64,000 nucleotides of DNA from sequence record MN695334.1; one strand, 5' to 3'. The notes under the pieces were generated by a model. The model ran no database searches. It saw nothing but the letters and a program-made list of their open reading frames with translations, and was not told the DNA's origin. The translations under genes and the position numbers were made by a program. Positions 18,143 to 28,700 of the stretch are shown piece after piece (position 1 is the stretch's first letter; each line of letters begins with the position of its first letter).

Positions 18143-20409
18143 ACGAAGAAATTAAAGTCAAAAAACGCAATGGCGGAATAGAACCTCTACAGCTATCAAA
18201 GCTACATGAGATGGTTTTCTGTGCCTGTGAGGGCCTCTCAGGCGTGTCTGTGTCGCAAGTTGAAATGGCATCAGGGATCCAAATATATGATGGAATTTCT
18301 ACTAATGAAATACAGGAGATTTTAATTAAATCTGCATCTGATCTGATTTCTCTTGATAATCCAAATTATCAGTATGTTGCGGCCCGACTTCTGCTATTTT
18401 CTATTAGGAAGAAAATTTACGGTGGAAGAATCGATACACCACATCTGAGGGAGCATGTTCGAAAATGTGTCGATATGGGCGTATACGACTCAGCAATTTA
18501 TGATAATTATACGGAAGAAGAGTTAGATCTTGCAAATTCTTTTGTTGATCATGATCGGGATAAACTATTCACATATGCAGCTATGCGTGAAGCTGTAGAC
18601 AAATATCTTGTTCAAGATCGAACCACAAAGACTTTATACGAGACTCCGCAGTTTATGTATATCATGATTGCATTAACTGCATTTTCAAGATATCCTAAAG
18701 AAACTAGAATGTCTTTTGTGAAGAGATTATATGACGCATCTAGTCGCCACAAGATTAATATTCCAACACCAGTTCTTGCTGGAGTTAGAACAAAAAAAAG
18801 ACAATATTCTAGTTGTACTCTTTTAGATTGCGGCGACTCCCTGGATTCGATTATTGCAACAAAATCTGCGTTACTTCGTTATGTTGCAAACAAAGCCGGA
18901 ATTGGTCTTAATGTGGGCAGAATCCGTGGTCTAGGAAAACCAATTCGTAATGGTGATGCTATACATACAGGATTGGTACCATTTATCAAGGCATTTGAGG
19001 CCGATTTAAATTCCTGTTCACAGGGTGGCATACGTAAAGGTTCTGCAACTATCTTCTTCCCCATTTGGCATCATGAAATTCGTGAGCTAATTGTATTAAA
19101 AAATGAAAAAGGTAATGATGAAAATCGGGCAAGATCCCTTGATTATGCCGTGAGTACATCAAAAATATTTTATGAGCGATTCATTAAAAACGAGAATATT
19201 ACGCTATTCTCACCTTATGATGTTCCTGGTCTTTACGATGCATTTGGAACCCCAGAATTTGATGAGCTTTATGTTAAGTATGAGAATGATCCAACCATAC
19301 CCAAAGAAACAATAAGTGCTCAAGAATTGACGCTCAATATTTTAGGCGAAAGAAGTGATACTGGTCGCATTTATTTGATGAATATTGACCATGTGAATAC
19401 ACATAGTCCATATAGACAAGTTGTAAGAATGAGCAACCTCTGTGTTGAAATTTGTCTTTTGACTGAGCCATTAGATCACGTAGATGACATTATTGGTATG
19501 ATTGCTCTCTGTATTCTTGCTGCGATTAATGTTGGATCACTGAAAAGCGAAAAGGAAATGGAAGAGTATTGTGAGCTTATTGTTAGGATGCTTGATGAAT
19601 TAATCGATCTACAAGAATATCCAGTGAAAGCAGCCGAAATTCCAACTAAAAAAAATAGACCACTGGGTGTTGGTATTACTGGTCTTGCACAATATCTTGC
19701 CAGACATGGTGTAAATTATGAAGATCCTGAAGCCGTTGCCCTCACCCACCGATTATCCGAAAGTCATCAATATTATCTGTTAAAGGCATCGGTTCAACTT
19801 GCAAAAGAAAAAGGGGCGTGTGGGGGATTTGTAAATACCAAATATATTGAAGGTATTCTTCCGATTGACACATATAAAAAAGAAATAGATGAATTTTGTT
19901 CTGAACCACTACAACACGATTGGGATTCTCTACGACAAGATATTGTCAAATACGGTCTAAGGCATACTACGCTCTCTGCTCAAATGCCATGTGAATCTTC
20001 AGTTAAATTACTTAATACTACAAACGGTATTGAGCCACCTAGAGGATATCTAACAATTAAGAGAAAGGTTCGCAACATCGTCCCACAATATACAAAACTG
20101 AAGAGTAATTATACATTGCTTTGGGACATGAGATCCAATGAAGGTTATTTTAATATTGTTGCAGTAATGCAAAAATTCTTTGATCAATCGATCAGTGCAA
20201 ACTGGAGTTACAATCCAGAGCACTACCCCGATAATAAAGTACCAATGAGTGTTATTGTTAAAGATTTCCTTTCAGCTTATGCCAAGGGACATAAAACGGC
20301 ATATTATCTCAATACCTATGATGGTAAAGAGGATGATATGGTTGTTGAAGGTTTAGTAGATGATATTTTAGATATGGAGGAAGAAAATTGTGACGCATGT
20401 AAACTCTGA
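18139..20409 (+). CDS. nrdA: Ribonucleotide reductase class Ia alpha subunit
   Basis: ATP cone VKKRNG, PTP, SSC, QGGIRKG, SNLCVEI, CILAAIN, MPCESS. Confidence 0.97.
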   Translation: MNEEIKVKKRNGGIEPLQLSKLHEMVFCACEGLSGVSVSQVEMASGIQIYDGISTNEIQEILIKSASDLISLDNPNYQYVAARLLLFSIRKKIYGGRIDTPHLREHVRKCVDMGVYDSAIYDNYTEEELDLANSFVDHDRDKLFTYAAMREAVDKYLVQDRTTKTLYETPQFMYIMIALTAFSRYPKETRMSFVKRLYDASSRHKINIPTPVLAGVRTKKRQYSSCTLLDCGDSLDSIIATKSALLRYVANKAGIGLNVGRIRGLGKPIRNGDAIHTGLVPFIKAFEADLNSCSQGGIRKGSATIFFPIWHHEIRELIVLKNEKGNDENRARSLDYAVSTSKIFYERFIKNENITLFSPYDVPGLYDAFGTPEFDELYVKYENDPTIPKETISAQELTLNILGERSDTGRIYLMNIDHVNTHSPYRQVVRMSNLCVEICLLTEPLDHVDDIIGMIALCILAAINVGSLKSEKEMEEYCELIVRMLDELIDLQEYPVKAAEIPTKKNRPLGVGITGLAQYLARHGVNYEDPEAVALTHRLSESHQYYLLKASVQLAKEKGACGGFVNTKYIEGILPIDTYKKEIDEFCSEPLQHDWDSLRQDIVKYGLRHTTLSAQMPCESSVKLLNTTNGIEPPRGYLTIKRKVRNIVPQYTKLKSNYTLLWDMRSNEGYFNIVAVMQKFFDQSISANWSYNPEHYPDNKVPMSVIVKDFLSAYAKGHKTAYYLNTYDGKEDDMVVEGLVDDILDMEEENCDACKL

Positions 20410-21559
20410 TATAAAAGGTATGACTGTTTTTAATAAAAATAAAGTAGACTCGATAAATCAACCAATGTTTTTTGGACAACCATTGGGCATACAAAGATAC
20501 GATGTTCATAGATTTCCGGTTTTTTATAAATTAACTCAACAGCAGTTGGGGGCATTTTGGCGGCCGGAAGCCTATCAATATATGTTCCCCAAAGACCGGG
20601 CGGATTATCAAAAACTTCGCACTGAGCAGAAACATATTTTTACTTCCAATTTAAAGTATCAAATCATGCTTGATTCTGTTCAGGGGCGAGGACCTGGTAT
20701 GGCCTTTATTCCATATTGCTCTCTACCTGAATTGGAATCAGCAATGATCTGTTGGGAATTTATGGAAATGATTCATAGTTATTCTTACACATTCATCATT
20801 AAAAACATATATTCTAATCCATCTGATATTTTCGATACAATTATTACGGATGATAATATTTTAGAAAGGGCAAAGAGTGTTACTGCATCTTATGATGATT
20901 ATTTGCAATCGGCCAATAGTTATTCTTCTTCTAATCTTTGGCAATTCAATAACGAGGGTTTTGAATTGGGTAAAACTGAACTATATGAAGTAAAAAGAAA
21001 ACTCTACAGAGCAATTTCTAATGTGAATATCCTAGAAGGAATCCGTTTTTATGTTTCTTTTGCTTGTTCTTTTGCCTTTGGTGAACTTCATTTGATGGAA
21101 GGATCAGCCAAGATCATTTCTAAAATCGCGCTAGATGAAAGACTGCATCTTTTCTTAACTCAGAACATTCTAACTAAGTGGAAAAACGGATCAGATGATC
21201 CAGACATGAAAAAGATTGCACAAGAAGAGGAAGGTTATGTTTATGAAATGTTTAAAAAAGTCGTTGATGAGGAAAAGCGTTGGGCACAATATCTATTTAA
21301 AGATGGCTCAATGATTGGCCTAAACGATAAACTTCTTTATAATTATGTTGAGTGGATTGCGAATAGAAGAATGCGATCAATTGGACTCAAACCTCTTTAT
21401 GATGTACCTGCGAATAATAATCCCCTACCATGGACAGAAAATTGGTTGAATAGTAAAAATGTACAGAATCCACCCCAAGAAGAGCCATTGGAATCTTACA
21501 TTGTTGGTGGTCTTAATCAAGACGTACAACCAGATGCATTCAGTGATTTTAAACTATAA
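20390..21559 (+). CDS. nrdB: Ribonucleotide reductase beta subunit
   Basis: FWRPE, LDSVQGRG, EMIHSYSY, LEGIRFYVSF, DERLH, PQEE..ESY. Confidence 0.96.
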   Translation: MTHVNSDIKGMTVFNKNKVDSINQPMFFGQPLGIQRYDVHRFPVFYKLTQQQLGAFWRPEAYQYMFPKDRADYQKLRTEQKHIFTSNLKYQIMLDSVQGRGPGMAFIPYCSLPELESAMICWEFMEMIHSYSYTFIIKNIYSNPSDIFDTIITDDNILERAKSVTASYDDYLQSANSYSSSNLWQFNNEGFELGKTELYEVKRKLYRAISNVNILEGIRFYVSFACSFAFGELHLMEGSAKIISKIALDERLHLFLTQNILTKWKNGSDDPDMKKIAQEEEGYVYEMFKKVVDEEKRWAQYLFKDGSMIGLNDKLLYNYVEWIANRRMRSIGLKPLYDVPANNNPLPWTENWLNSKNVQNPPQEEPLESYIVGGLNQDVQPDAFSDFKL

Positions 21560-21563
21560 TTCT

Positions 21564-21583
21564 AAGAGCCGAAAGGCTCTTTT
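21564..21583 (+). terminator. Rho-independent terminator
   Basis: AAGAGCC-GAAA-GGCTCTT plus T tail. Confidence 0.85.
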
Positions 21584-21631
21584 AATGTTTAAAAAGCATA
21601 AATAATAGGAGAAAACTTATTTAAAATCGAT

Positions 21632-22891
21632 ATGACAATTTACAGTCTCACTGAAGCCTATTCTGAAATTTATGATTTAAGAAAAGTAGAAGAGATCGAT
21701 GATAATCTCCGCTTTATTGATTATATGCTTGATGAGGATATTGAGGAAGTGGTCGAATCTTTAGTTTGGGAATTCCGTGATTATGGAAATACTTTAGATG
21801 AATCTTTCGATCTACTTGAATATTCTGCTAGCAGTGAAGTAATTAATGAATCTTATACTCAAATTATAGAAGATCTTTTAAATGAAGCAACTGTCACATA
21901 TGGTAGGGGTGACGTTCTTGCAAATAAAGCAAAAGCAGATGAACTAGCAAAAAGAAATAAAGATAGAAGTACTGCACAAAGAAAAGAAGTTAGACGAGCT
22001 AGAGTTGATGGTGCAATTAGTAAAGTAAAGGCTGCTATGGCTGGTGCCAAAGGTGGTATGGGTCGGGCTTCCAAGGCTTTAGGTGGTGCAGTTAGTAAAG
22101 GCCGGAATCTAGTTGGCGCTGTCGCACAAAAGGGTAAGGCTCTACTTGGCCGACTTCTTCGCAAGGGTGCCAGCGCAACAGGAAAGGTAGTATCTGGTGT
22201 TGGTAAGACCATACAGAAAAGTGGTGAAACTGCTGCATCAGCATCCAGAGCCGAAAGAACTGTTAGAGTCCCAGGTGGTGAGTATGTAAGAGATCCAGGT
22301 GGTAGTAAGAGACAAACTGTAGGAAAAGCCGTTCGTAAAGTCGGAGTCGCCTTACAGAGAATGAGTAAAGGTGAAAAATCTACTCCAACAAAACCAGAAG
22401 CCCCTAAAATGAAGGCTTTACCTCCAGCTAGACCAGAGACAGAAAATCGTCGTGCAGCAGTACAAAGAAAACTTGATACTGCAAATAAAGGATCTACTGG
22501 TGATAAAAGAGTGGGTTCTCCTTCTCCTACGTTGGCTTTACCAGCAAAAACTTCCGGTAAACCCGCCGTAGAGAGAGTTATTTCACAACGCAAACTACAG
22601 GCCGCTGCTAAATTACAAAGATCTGCAACTGGATCTCGGGCTCGTGGTATAAGATTTGCTGGCCCTAATTCAAAATTATCTTCCACTAGAGCCAATACTG
22701 GATATAAAGAAAAGCTTGCAAAATTTGCTAGCAAATTAAACAATGAAGATTATGAAATTTTAATTGATTATATCATTGAGGATATAATTTCTTCTGGATA
22801 TGCTTTAGATGAGATGGCTGCTCTTGATATATTTGAAAATCTCACCGAAGATACTATTGCCGACATCGCATTAGAATATCTGAACGACTGA
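21632..22891 (+). CDS. Late hypothetical protein: acidic - long basic - acidic
   Basis: TAAATA 21599; acidic N-terminus ending LLNEA, about 290-aa K/R/A/G-rich core, acidic C-terminus. Confidence 0.65.
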   Translation: MTIYSLTEAYSEIYDLRKVEEIDDNLRFIDYMLDEDIEEVVESLVWEFRDYGNTLDESFDLLEYSASSEVINESYTQIIEDLLNEATVTYGRGDVLANKAKADELAKRNKDRSTAQRKEVRRARVDGAISKVKAAMAGAKGGMGRASKALGGAVSKGRNLVGAVAQKGKALLGRLLRKGASATGKVVSGVGKTIQKSGETAASASRAERTVRVPGGEYVRDPGGSKRQTVGKAVRKVGVALQRMSKGEKSTPTKPEAPKMKALPPARPETENRRAAVQRKLDTANKGSTGDKRVGSPSPTLALPAKTSGKPAVERVISQRKLQAAAKLQRSATGSRARGIRFAGPNSKLSSTRANTGYKEKLAKFASKLNNEDYEILIDYIIEDIISSGYALDEMAALDIFENLTEDTIADIALEYLND

Positions 22892-23043
22892 TGATACATG
22901 TAACTGACGTTTATGATTTAAAAGCAAAACTTAATCTTTTAAAGCATAAGCTAAGGGATGAAAAAAGATCACAAAAAGAAAAGGACTTTGTTGACGAATA
23001 CCTCAATGAGGTCCTCTTTTTAGTGGATTCGATGCTTCTGTAA
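22891..23043 (+). CDS. Small hypothetical protein (50 aa, below ORF-track cutoff)
   Basis: MIHVTDVYDLKAKLNLLKHKL...[14 protein letters not shown]; start coupled to upstream TGA. Confidence 0.55.
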   Translation: MIHVTDVYDLKAKLNLLKHKLRDEKRSQKEKDFVDEYLNEVLFLVDSMLL

Positions 23044-23440
23044 CTAGATTGTATATCCTATCTACTTCACTGCTATAAAATTTGCCTTCTATATTAGTGT
23101 TGTAATAAGTTTCATCAAGTAAAACATTTCTATTAAATTGCTCGTATGTCTCATAATAGGACATGCTTTTTTTGTGTGGACATAGATATAATATTTCTCT
23201 TTTAAACTTTTCTTTACCTAAATTTTTCACATCTTCTTTAAGGTCATCACAACTACCAAAGTAATTTCTCCAATCACTTTCTTTGGTTTGTCTTCTCCCG
23301 GTCTTTGGATTTTTTCTTCTTTCCCAGAAATGCTTTTTACCAACGTATCTCATTCCATTTTCCTGATTTGTAATTAGATAAACAAATCCTTCGTATTTTT
23401 TATCTACTTCATCAAAAATTTTACCATTGAATGTCCACAT
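23003..23440 (-). CDS. GIY-YIG nuclease, endonuclease II (DenA)-like
   Basis: MWTFNG start, GFVYLITN...[27 protein letters not shown]. Confidence 0.8.
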   Translation of the reverse strand: MWTFNGKIFDEVDKKYEGFVYLITNQENGMRYVGKKHFWERRKNPKTGRRQTKESDWRNYFGSCDDLKEDVKNLGKEKFKREILYLCPHKKSMSYYETYEQFNRNVLLDETYYNTNIEGKFYSSEVDRIYNLVTEASNPLKRGPH

Positions 23441-23480
23441 CGGGATACTAAATACTAATGAAATATTATTTATTGTGGAT

Positions 23481-24743
23481 ATGATAGGACCAAAAAAATC
23501 ACCCAAAGATTTTGGCTTTAAAGAAGGAGATACTCATGTTGTAGTTAATGATATTACAGAAACTGCAAAGGCGTATGATTTTTCGGGCAAACTTCTGTGG
23601 GAAATTCCTGCTCTCGCTAGAGGACAAGAAACTGACCTTGAATTTAGATATGTAAAAACAGATACTCCCCCAGGTCTTTATAAACTCGGAACAATATATA
23701 AAGATTATGAGAAAGTTGGTGCAAATCCAGCTTATGATAGAACTCTAATGTCATATGGCTGGTATTCTTTTGATATGAATGAACTAGAAGGCCAAATGAG
23801 TAAATATGGTAGATCAGGTATTATGCTTCATGGTGGTGGTTCAGCCGCTGGTTGGCCTGGTGCATGGGCACCCAATCAACCTCTTTTTTCAACACATGGT
23901 TGTGTCCGGTTGAGAAACGTGGACCTAAGAGATAAGATTCTTCCTTTATGTAAAAAGGGAACTGTTTATATTTCAGTTTATCAAGAAGCTAATTCTGTAA
24001 TTTCTCCTGTATCTACACAAAAATCCAATACACCAAAACCAGATACAACAAAACCAACGGTTACAGTACCACAGAATGGACCGATTAAATTCACTAATGC
24101 CGCAAAATTCTTTAAGGGGGAACCACAGCAAATTGACGCATTTGATTACTTAGAAAAAAATACTTCAGATGATGTTAAGCAGGAATTTGGAAAAAGATAT
24201 CGAAATTCACCCGAACCACAAGAAAAAGAATATTTTACTAAAGAACAACTAAAACAGGTGTGGAAAAGGACACCAACGGATGCACAGGTAACAGAACTTA
24301 ATTCAGCACTTGAACGATTTGATATTACAACTAAATCGAGACTTGCCCATTTTATTTCACAGATTTCACATGAATCTGGTGGTGGTAAATGGATGAAAGA
24401 ACTCGCATCCGGCGAGGATTATGAGGGTAGAGATGATCTAGGTAATTCCCAACCTGGCGATGGTAAAAAATATAAAGGAGCCGGGTATATTCAGTTAACC
24501 GGAAGATATAATTATCAAAAATTCGCTGATTATATTAAAGACCCTAAAGTGATGGATGGTGTCGATTATGTTTCTGTGAAGTATCCTGCAACTAGTGCTG
24601 GTTTTTGGTGGATGAATAATAGAATGAATGCTTTGTGTGATACTAACCCAACCGTAGAGCAAGTCACAAGACGGGTAAATGGTGGTGTCAATGGATTAGC
24701 TGACCGTGAAATGTACTATGATCGTTGTTTGGAAGTAATTTAA
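23481..24743 (+). CDS. Putative endolysin: N-terminal YkuD/L,D-transpeptidase-like domain plus C-terminal GH19 domain
   Basis: GIMLHGGG...STHGCVRL; [48 protein letters not shown]; TAAATA 23449. Confidence 0.85.
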   Translation: MIGPKKSPKDFGFKEGDTHVVVNDITETAKAYDFSGKLLWEIPALARGQETDLEFRYVKTDTPPGLYKLGTIYKDYEKVGANPAYDRTLMSYGWYSFDMNELEGQMSKYGRSGIMLHGGGSAAGWPGAWAPNQPLFSTHGCVRLRNVDLRDKILPLCKKGTVYISVYQEANSVISPVSTQKSNTPKPDTTKPTVTVPQNGPIKFTNAAKFFKGEPQQIDAFDYLEKNTSDDVKQEFGKRYRNSPEPQEKEYFTKEQLKQVWKRTPTDAQVTELNSALERFDITTKSRLAHFISQISHESGGGKWMKELASGEDYEGRDDLGNSQPGDGKKYKGAGYIQLTGRYNYQKFADYIKDPKVMDGVDYVSVKYPATSAGFWWMNNRMNALCDTNPTVEQVTRRVNGGVNGLADREMYYDRCLEVI

Positions 24744-24752
24744 TAAATAATA

Positions 24753-24860
24753 ATGCCAAACTATATCGACAACAAAATATATAATAAATATTTAATTGAC
24801 GTTGATTCGGTGTGGAAAAAGGGGCAAAAAAATAAATTAAACTTCGAGGGGATACAATGA
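24753..24860 (+). CDS. Possible 35-aa mini-ORF
   Basis: Fills the intergenic gap and has an ATGA overlap with the next gene; nothing else supports it. Confidence 0.3.
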   Translation: MPNYIDNKIYNKYLIDVDSVWKKGQKNKLNFEGIQ

Positions 24861-25420
24861 GAGTTCCATTGGAAATAACTAATCTCATAATCTTTAAGGG
24901 TGCTGATTTTGAAGATGGTTTTCAATTAATTAATGAAAACGGAACTCCGATTGATTTAACTAATTGTCAAGTTTTGGCAAAAATTAAAAAATTTCCAACA
25001 TCAAAAACTTTCAACACCTTTGATATTATTTTTTCCAATAGATCTGAGGGTATTATAAAATTATTAATGGGGGGTTCTTCTACTCTGTTTTTGACAGAGG
25101 GTCGAAATTATTTTGATGTTTTTGTTGTTTATCCAACGTCTAGAATAGAGCCTGTAATTAGAGGAACAATACTGGTAGAAGAAACTGCAATGGCTATATC
25201 TGTCGAGGGCCATAGAATTGGTGATCTTGGAAAAGTTGACACTAGTGATATACAAGATGGTGAAGTCCTTATGTTTAATTCTGAACAGCAACAACTCGAA
25301 TTTGTTAATCCAGATGAAGTTCTCGACAAGGCGGCTGAAGATGGGTTACCTGAAGAATTTGTTGAAGTAGTCAAAGATCAAATTGATAATAAGTTTGATA
25401 TTGATCTTGGTGAATACTGA
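24857..25420 (+). CDS. Tail/baseplate-associated adaptor-like protein
   Basis: LIIFKGADFE...PIDLT..QVLAKIKK...YFDVFV...GTILV beta-sandwich pattern. Confidence 0.6.
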   Translation: MRVPLEITNLIIFKGADFEDGFQLINENGTPIDLTNCQVLAKIKKFPTSKTFNTFDIIFSNRSEGIIKLLMGGSSTLFLTEGRNYFDVFVVYPTSRIEPVIRGTILVEETAMAISVEGHRIGDLGKVDTSDIQDGEVLMFNSEQQQLEFVNPDEVLDKAAEDGLPEEFVEVVKDQIDNKFDIDLGEY

Positions 25421-25713
25421 TGAGAATATTTAAAGTAAGAGTAATTTCAGGTCAAGATAAAAAAGTTAAATCAGGTGTCCCATCTAGCGAAATACCTACT
25501 ATTGGGGTTTCAAGTGAAAGGTATATAGACTATACTAATTTTAAGGATGGTTATGTTATGACTTTCGATGAAGAAAGAAATAGATATTATTTCGAAAATC
25601 CAGATAATATTTTAAATAAAAGTTTTGAGGAAATACCATATCCAGAAATATTCACCAACACGCTTTCTGATGAAGTAGAGAAAACAATTGATATCGATAT
25701 GGGCGAATATTAG
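25420..25713 (+). CDS. Hypothetical protein, paralogous to the C-terminus of the preceding ORF
   Basis: DG.V(L/M).F...F.NPD..L...DID(L/M)GEY shared. Confidence 0.65.
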   Translation: MRIFKVRVISGQDKKVKSGVPSSEIPTIGVSSERYIDYTNFKDGYVMTFDEERNRYYFENPDNILNKSFEEIPYPEIFTNTLSDEVEKTIDIDMGEY

Positions 25714-25771
25714 TTTTATATAAATAACTAATAACCAGTATATACTGGGGTTAACGGTAAATACCAGATAC

Positions 25772-28700
25772 ATGAATACACTTCCGTCTATAAAATACCC
25801 TAGATCTTTTGTCCCTGGAAAGGCTCCGACACCAGAGCAGCTTCCGTTTGGTTTGATGGCAATAAACCATTATGATGGAGATATTTTTGTAAAACGATCA
25901 AGGAGTGGTATTGGAACCGATGTAGTAAAAGTAGGTTCTGGTGCAACTACTACAAATTTAATTTGGGTAACAAAGGACGGTAAGGATACAAATACTGGTA
26001 AAAAACAGGGTGACGCAAAGGCAACAATTAAGGCGGCAGTTGCAGATTCAAAAGAAGGAACTGTAATTCGTGTAACTGCCGGGATTTATGAGGAAGATAA
26101 TCCAATTAAACTCCCACCACAAGTTAGCATAGTTGGGGATAGCCTTAGGGAAGTAACAGTTACTCCATTAAATGATGATGATCTTTTTTATGTTGGGGCC
26201 GGTAATTATATTACTGGTATGTCTTATGTAAAAGAGCAAAATACATATCCTTTAGCTATAGTATCTTTCGATCCTAGCGATAAACCATATATTAATCAAT
26301 CGACTTACGTTCAAAATTGTACTAATTTCATTCCTAATAGTATAGGAATGAAAATTGATGGTAATAATGCCTTGGGGCCATTGAAGTCAATGGTTCTCGA
26401 CAGCTTCACTCAATATAATCCGAATGGTATTGGTATTTCTATTACTAATGAGGGATACGCCCAGTTAGTATCACTTTTTACCATTTGTTCGGACATATCA
26501 GTTTATTGTGGTACTGGTGGGGCATGTGATTTAACAAATAGTAATTCTTCTTTCGGTAATAAAGCTTTAGTTGCAAATGGTGTCAGTCCTCTTAAATATA
26601 ATGCGAGAGTGGCCACTGAAATAAATCCCAGTGATTTTATTATTGAAGTTGATTTATCTACTCCATCTTTTTATGTGACTGATGCTAGTTACAACAATAT
26701 AACTGGTGATGTTCAAATTTATACTGATTCCCCGCATGAATTTGTATCAGGAATGAGTGTAGAAATTGTTGGACTCGCCTTCACTTGTAATTCTTCTCCT
26801 AATTTTGTAAATATTGGGAGATATCAAGATGCGGCAAATATGATTCTTCTGAATAAGCAAGAAATTGTAGATAAATCTCTTGCTTCTATCGCTTTGGGTC
26901 ATTCTGATTTTTACTTTCCTGGAGATAATCAAACCACAGCATACTCAAGATATAAGGATTCGTATAGACTCATTATAAAAAATAAGGAAGAAATTGTAGA
27001 TAAATCTTTAGCATCTATTGCGATTGGATATCCTGACTTTTATTTTCCCGGTGATACGCAAACTAATTCAAGATCTCAATATTTTGATTCTTATCGTTTA
27101 ATTCAGTTAAATAAATCTGAAATAGTTGGTATTGCATGGACTGCAATTATTAATCAATATCCTACAGTATCTTCAACTGAAACAAAGTGTAAGCGAGATT
27201 TGGGATATTTTGTTGATGCTATTTCTACTGATATATTTACGGGTGGAAATCGATATTCGAGAGATTTTACTAAACAATATTTTGATTCGGATGGAAATCC
27301 AATTACAAATGGTATTAATGATATAGAAGAAATAAATGCAGCCTTGGTTGGATTTACGACAGTTAGAGAATTGATGAAACAAGCAATTACCAATACTCTT
27401 GTCGGTTCTGCTTATAGTGATCTTACAATTACAGCAGATCCAAATCCACTAAATGGGCCGATATCAAACACAAATCCAACTTCTTGTGATGGAGTCCAAC
27501 ATCAAATTAATACTCTAGTTAGTATTGTGACAACTGTTATTGGTAATTCTAACGTTGGATTTTTGACTACTTTTACTGAAAATAAAGGAGTATTTACTCC
27601 AGGATCATCTAAATGCATGAGAGATCTCGGATATTTTGTTGATGCTGTTTCGACTGATATTTTCCTGGGTGGAAATAAGTATTCTAGAGACTTTACTAAA
27701 CAATATTTTAATGTCGTTGGTGTCGCTATCACTAATGGATTGGTTGGAGAAGAATCTCAATCTGTTTATGCTTTTAATGCTGCAAGAGATTGGATGAAGG
27801 CGGCAATTTCCAATCAATTAAATAATAAAGATTCTGGCATTAGCGTTGGTCCCGCTGAATATGGTGGTGGGGGTGGAAATTTACCAAACATTAGTCCAAA
27901 TTCATGTACCGATGTCAAGAATGCAGTAGACACTTTAGTTGGCATTGTCACAAATGTTTTGGGAACTAACAATATTGGATTTTTGACCACTTTTAATGAG
28001 ACTACAAGAACCTTTATTCCCTTAGGTGAAGATAAGTGTAGTCGGGATATTGGATATGTTGTGGACGCCTTAGTAAATGATCTTAAATTTAATACTAATG
28101 CAAATATATTTGAAGCGGCAAATGCATACTTTGATTCTTCTGGGGTCCCAATTTCAAATGGCTTAGTGGATGAGGAAGCTGAATCAATCACCGCATTTAC
28201 AGCTGTAAGGGAATATTCAAAACTTGCAATTAATAATCAATTAAACAAAAAAGATTTTACTTTAATTCCAGATCCCCTAACCGGATCGAATAATGCTGAA
28301 AATTCTTGCTCAAACGCAAAGACTACTATAGATAATTTAATTGGTATTTTAAATAACTCAATTGCCACCGCAACTCGCCCTGGAAATCCTACATTACCTC
28401 CCAATATTTTAATATATCCAAGTGGTAAAAAAGGTAATATATTTGAGGTTATATATACTTCTCCTGGAAGATATCTTGATGCCGCTGATCGAATTGAAGC
28501 AAATAGAAAGGAGATTTTAGATAAATCTTTAGTTGGAATCGCCCTTTCCTATTCGGACTTTACATATCCAAATGATAATATAAATGATTTGAGTTATCGT
28601 TTCAAGGATGCTACTAGATTAGTTTTAAAGAATAAGAGCGAGATTGTTGGTGTTGCCTGGACGAATACATACAATGAATTTGTTTGTAATTTAAATGAAG

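Noticed and set aside
21859-22743. 294-aa minus-strand ORF
   Set aside because: Antisense shadow of the Ala/Gly/Lys/Arg-rich + strand gene, which has its own late promoter
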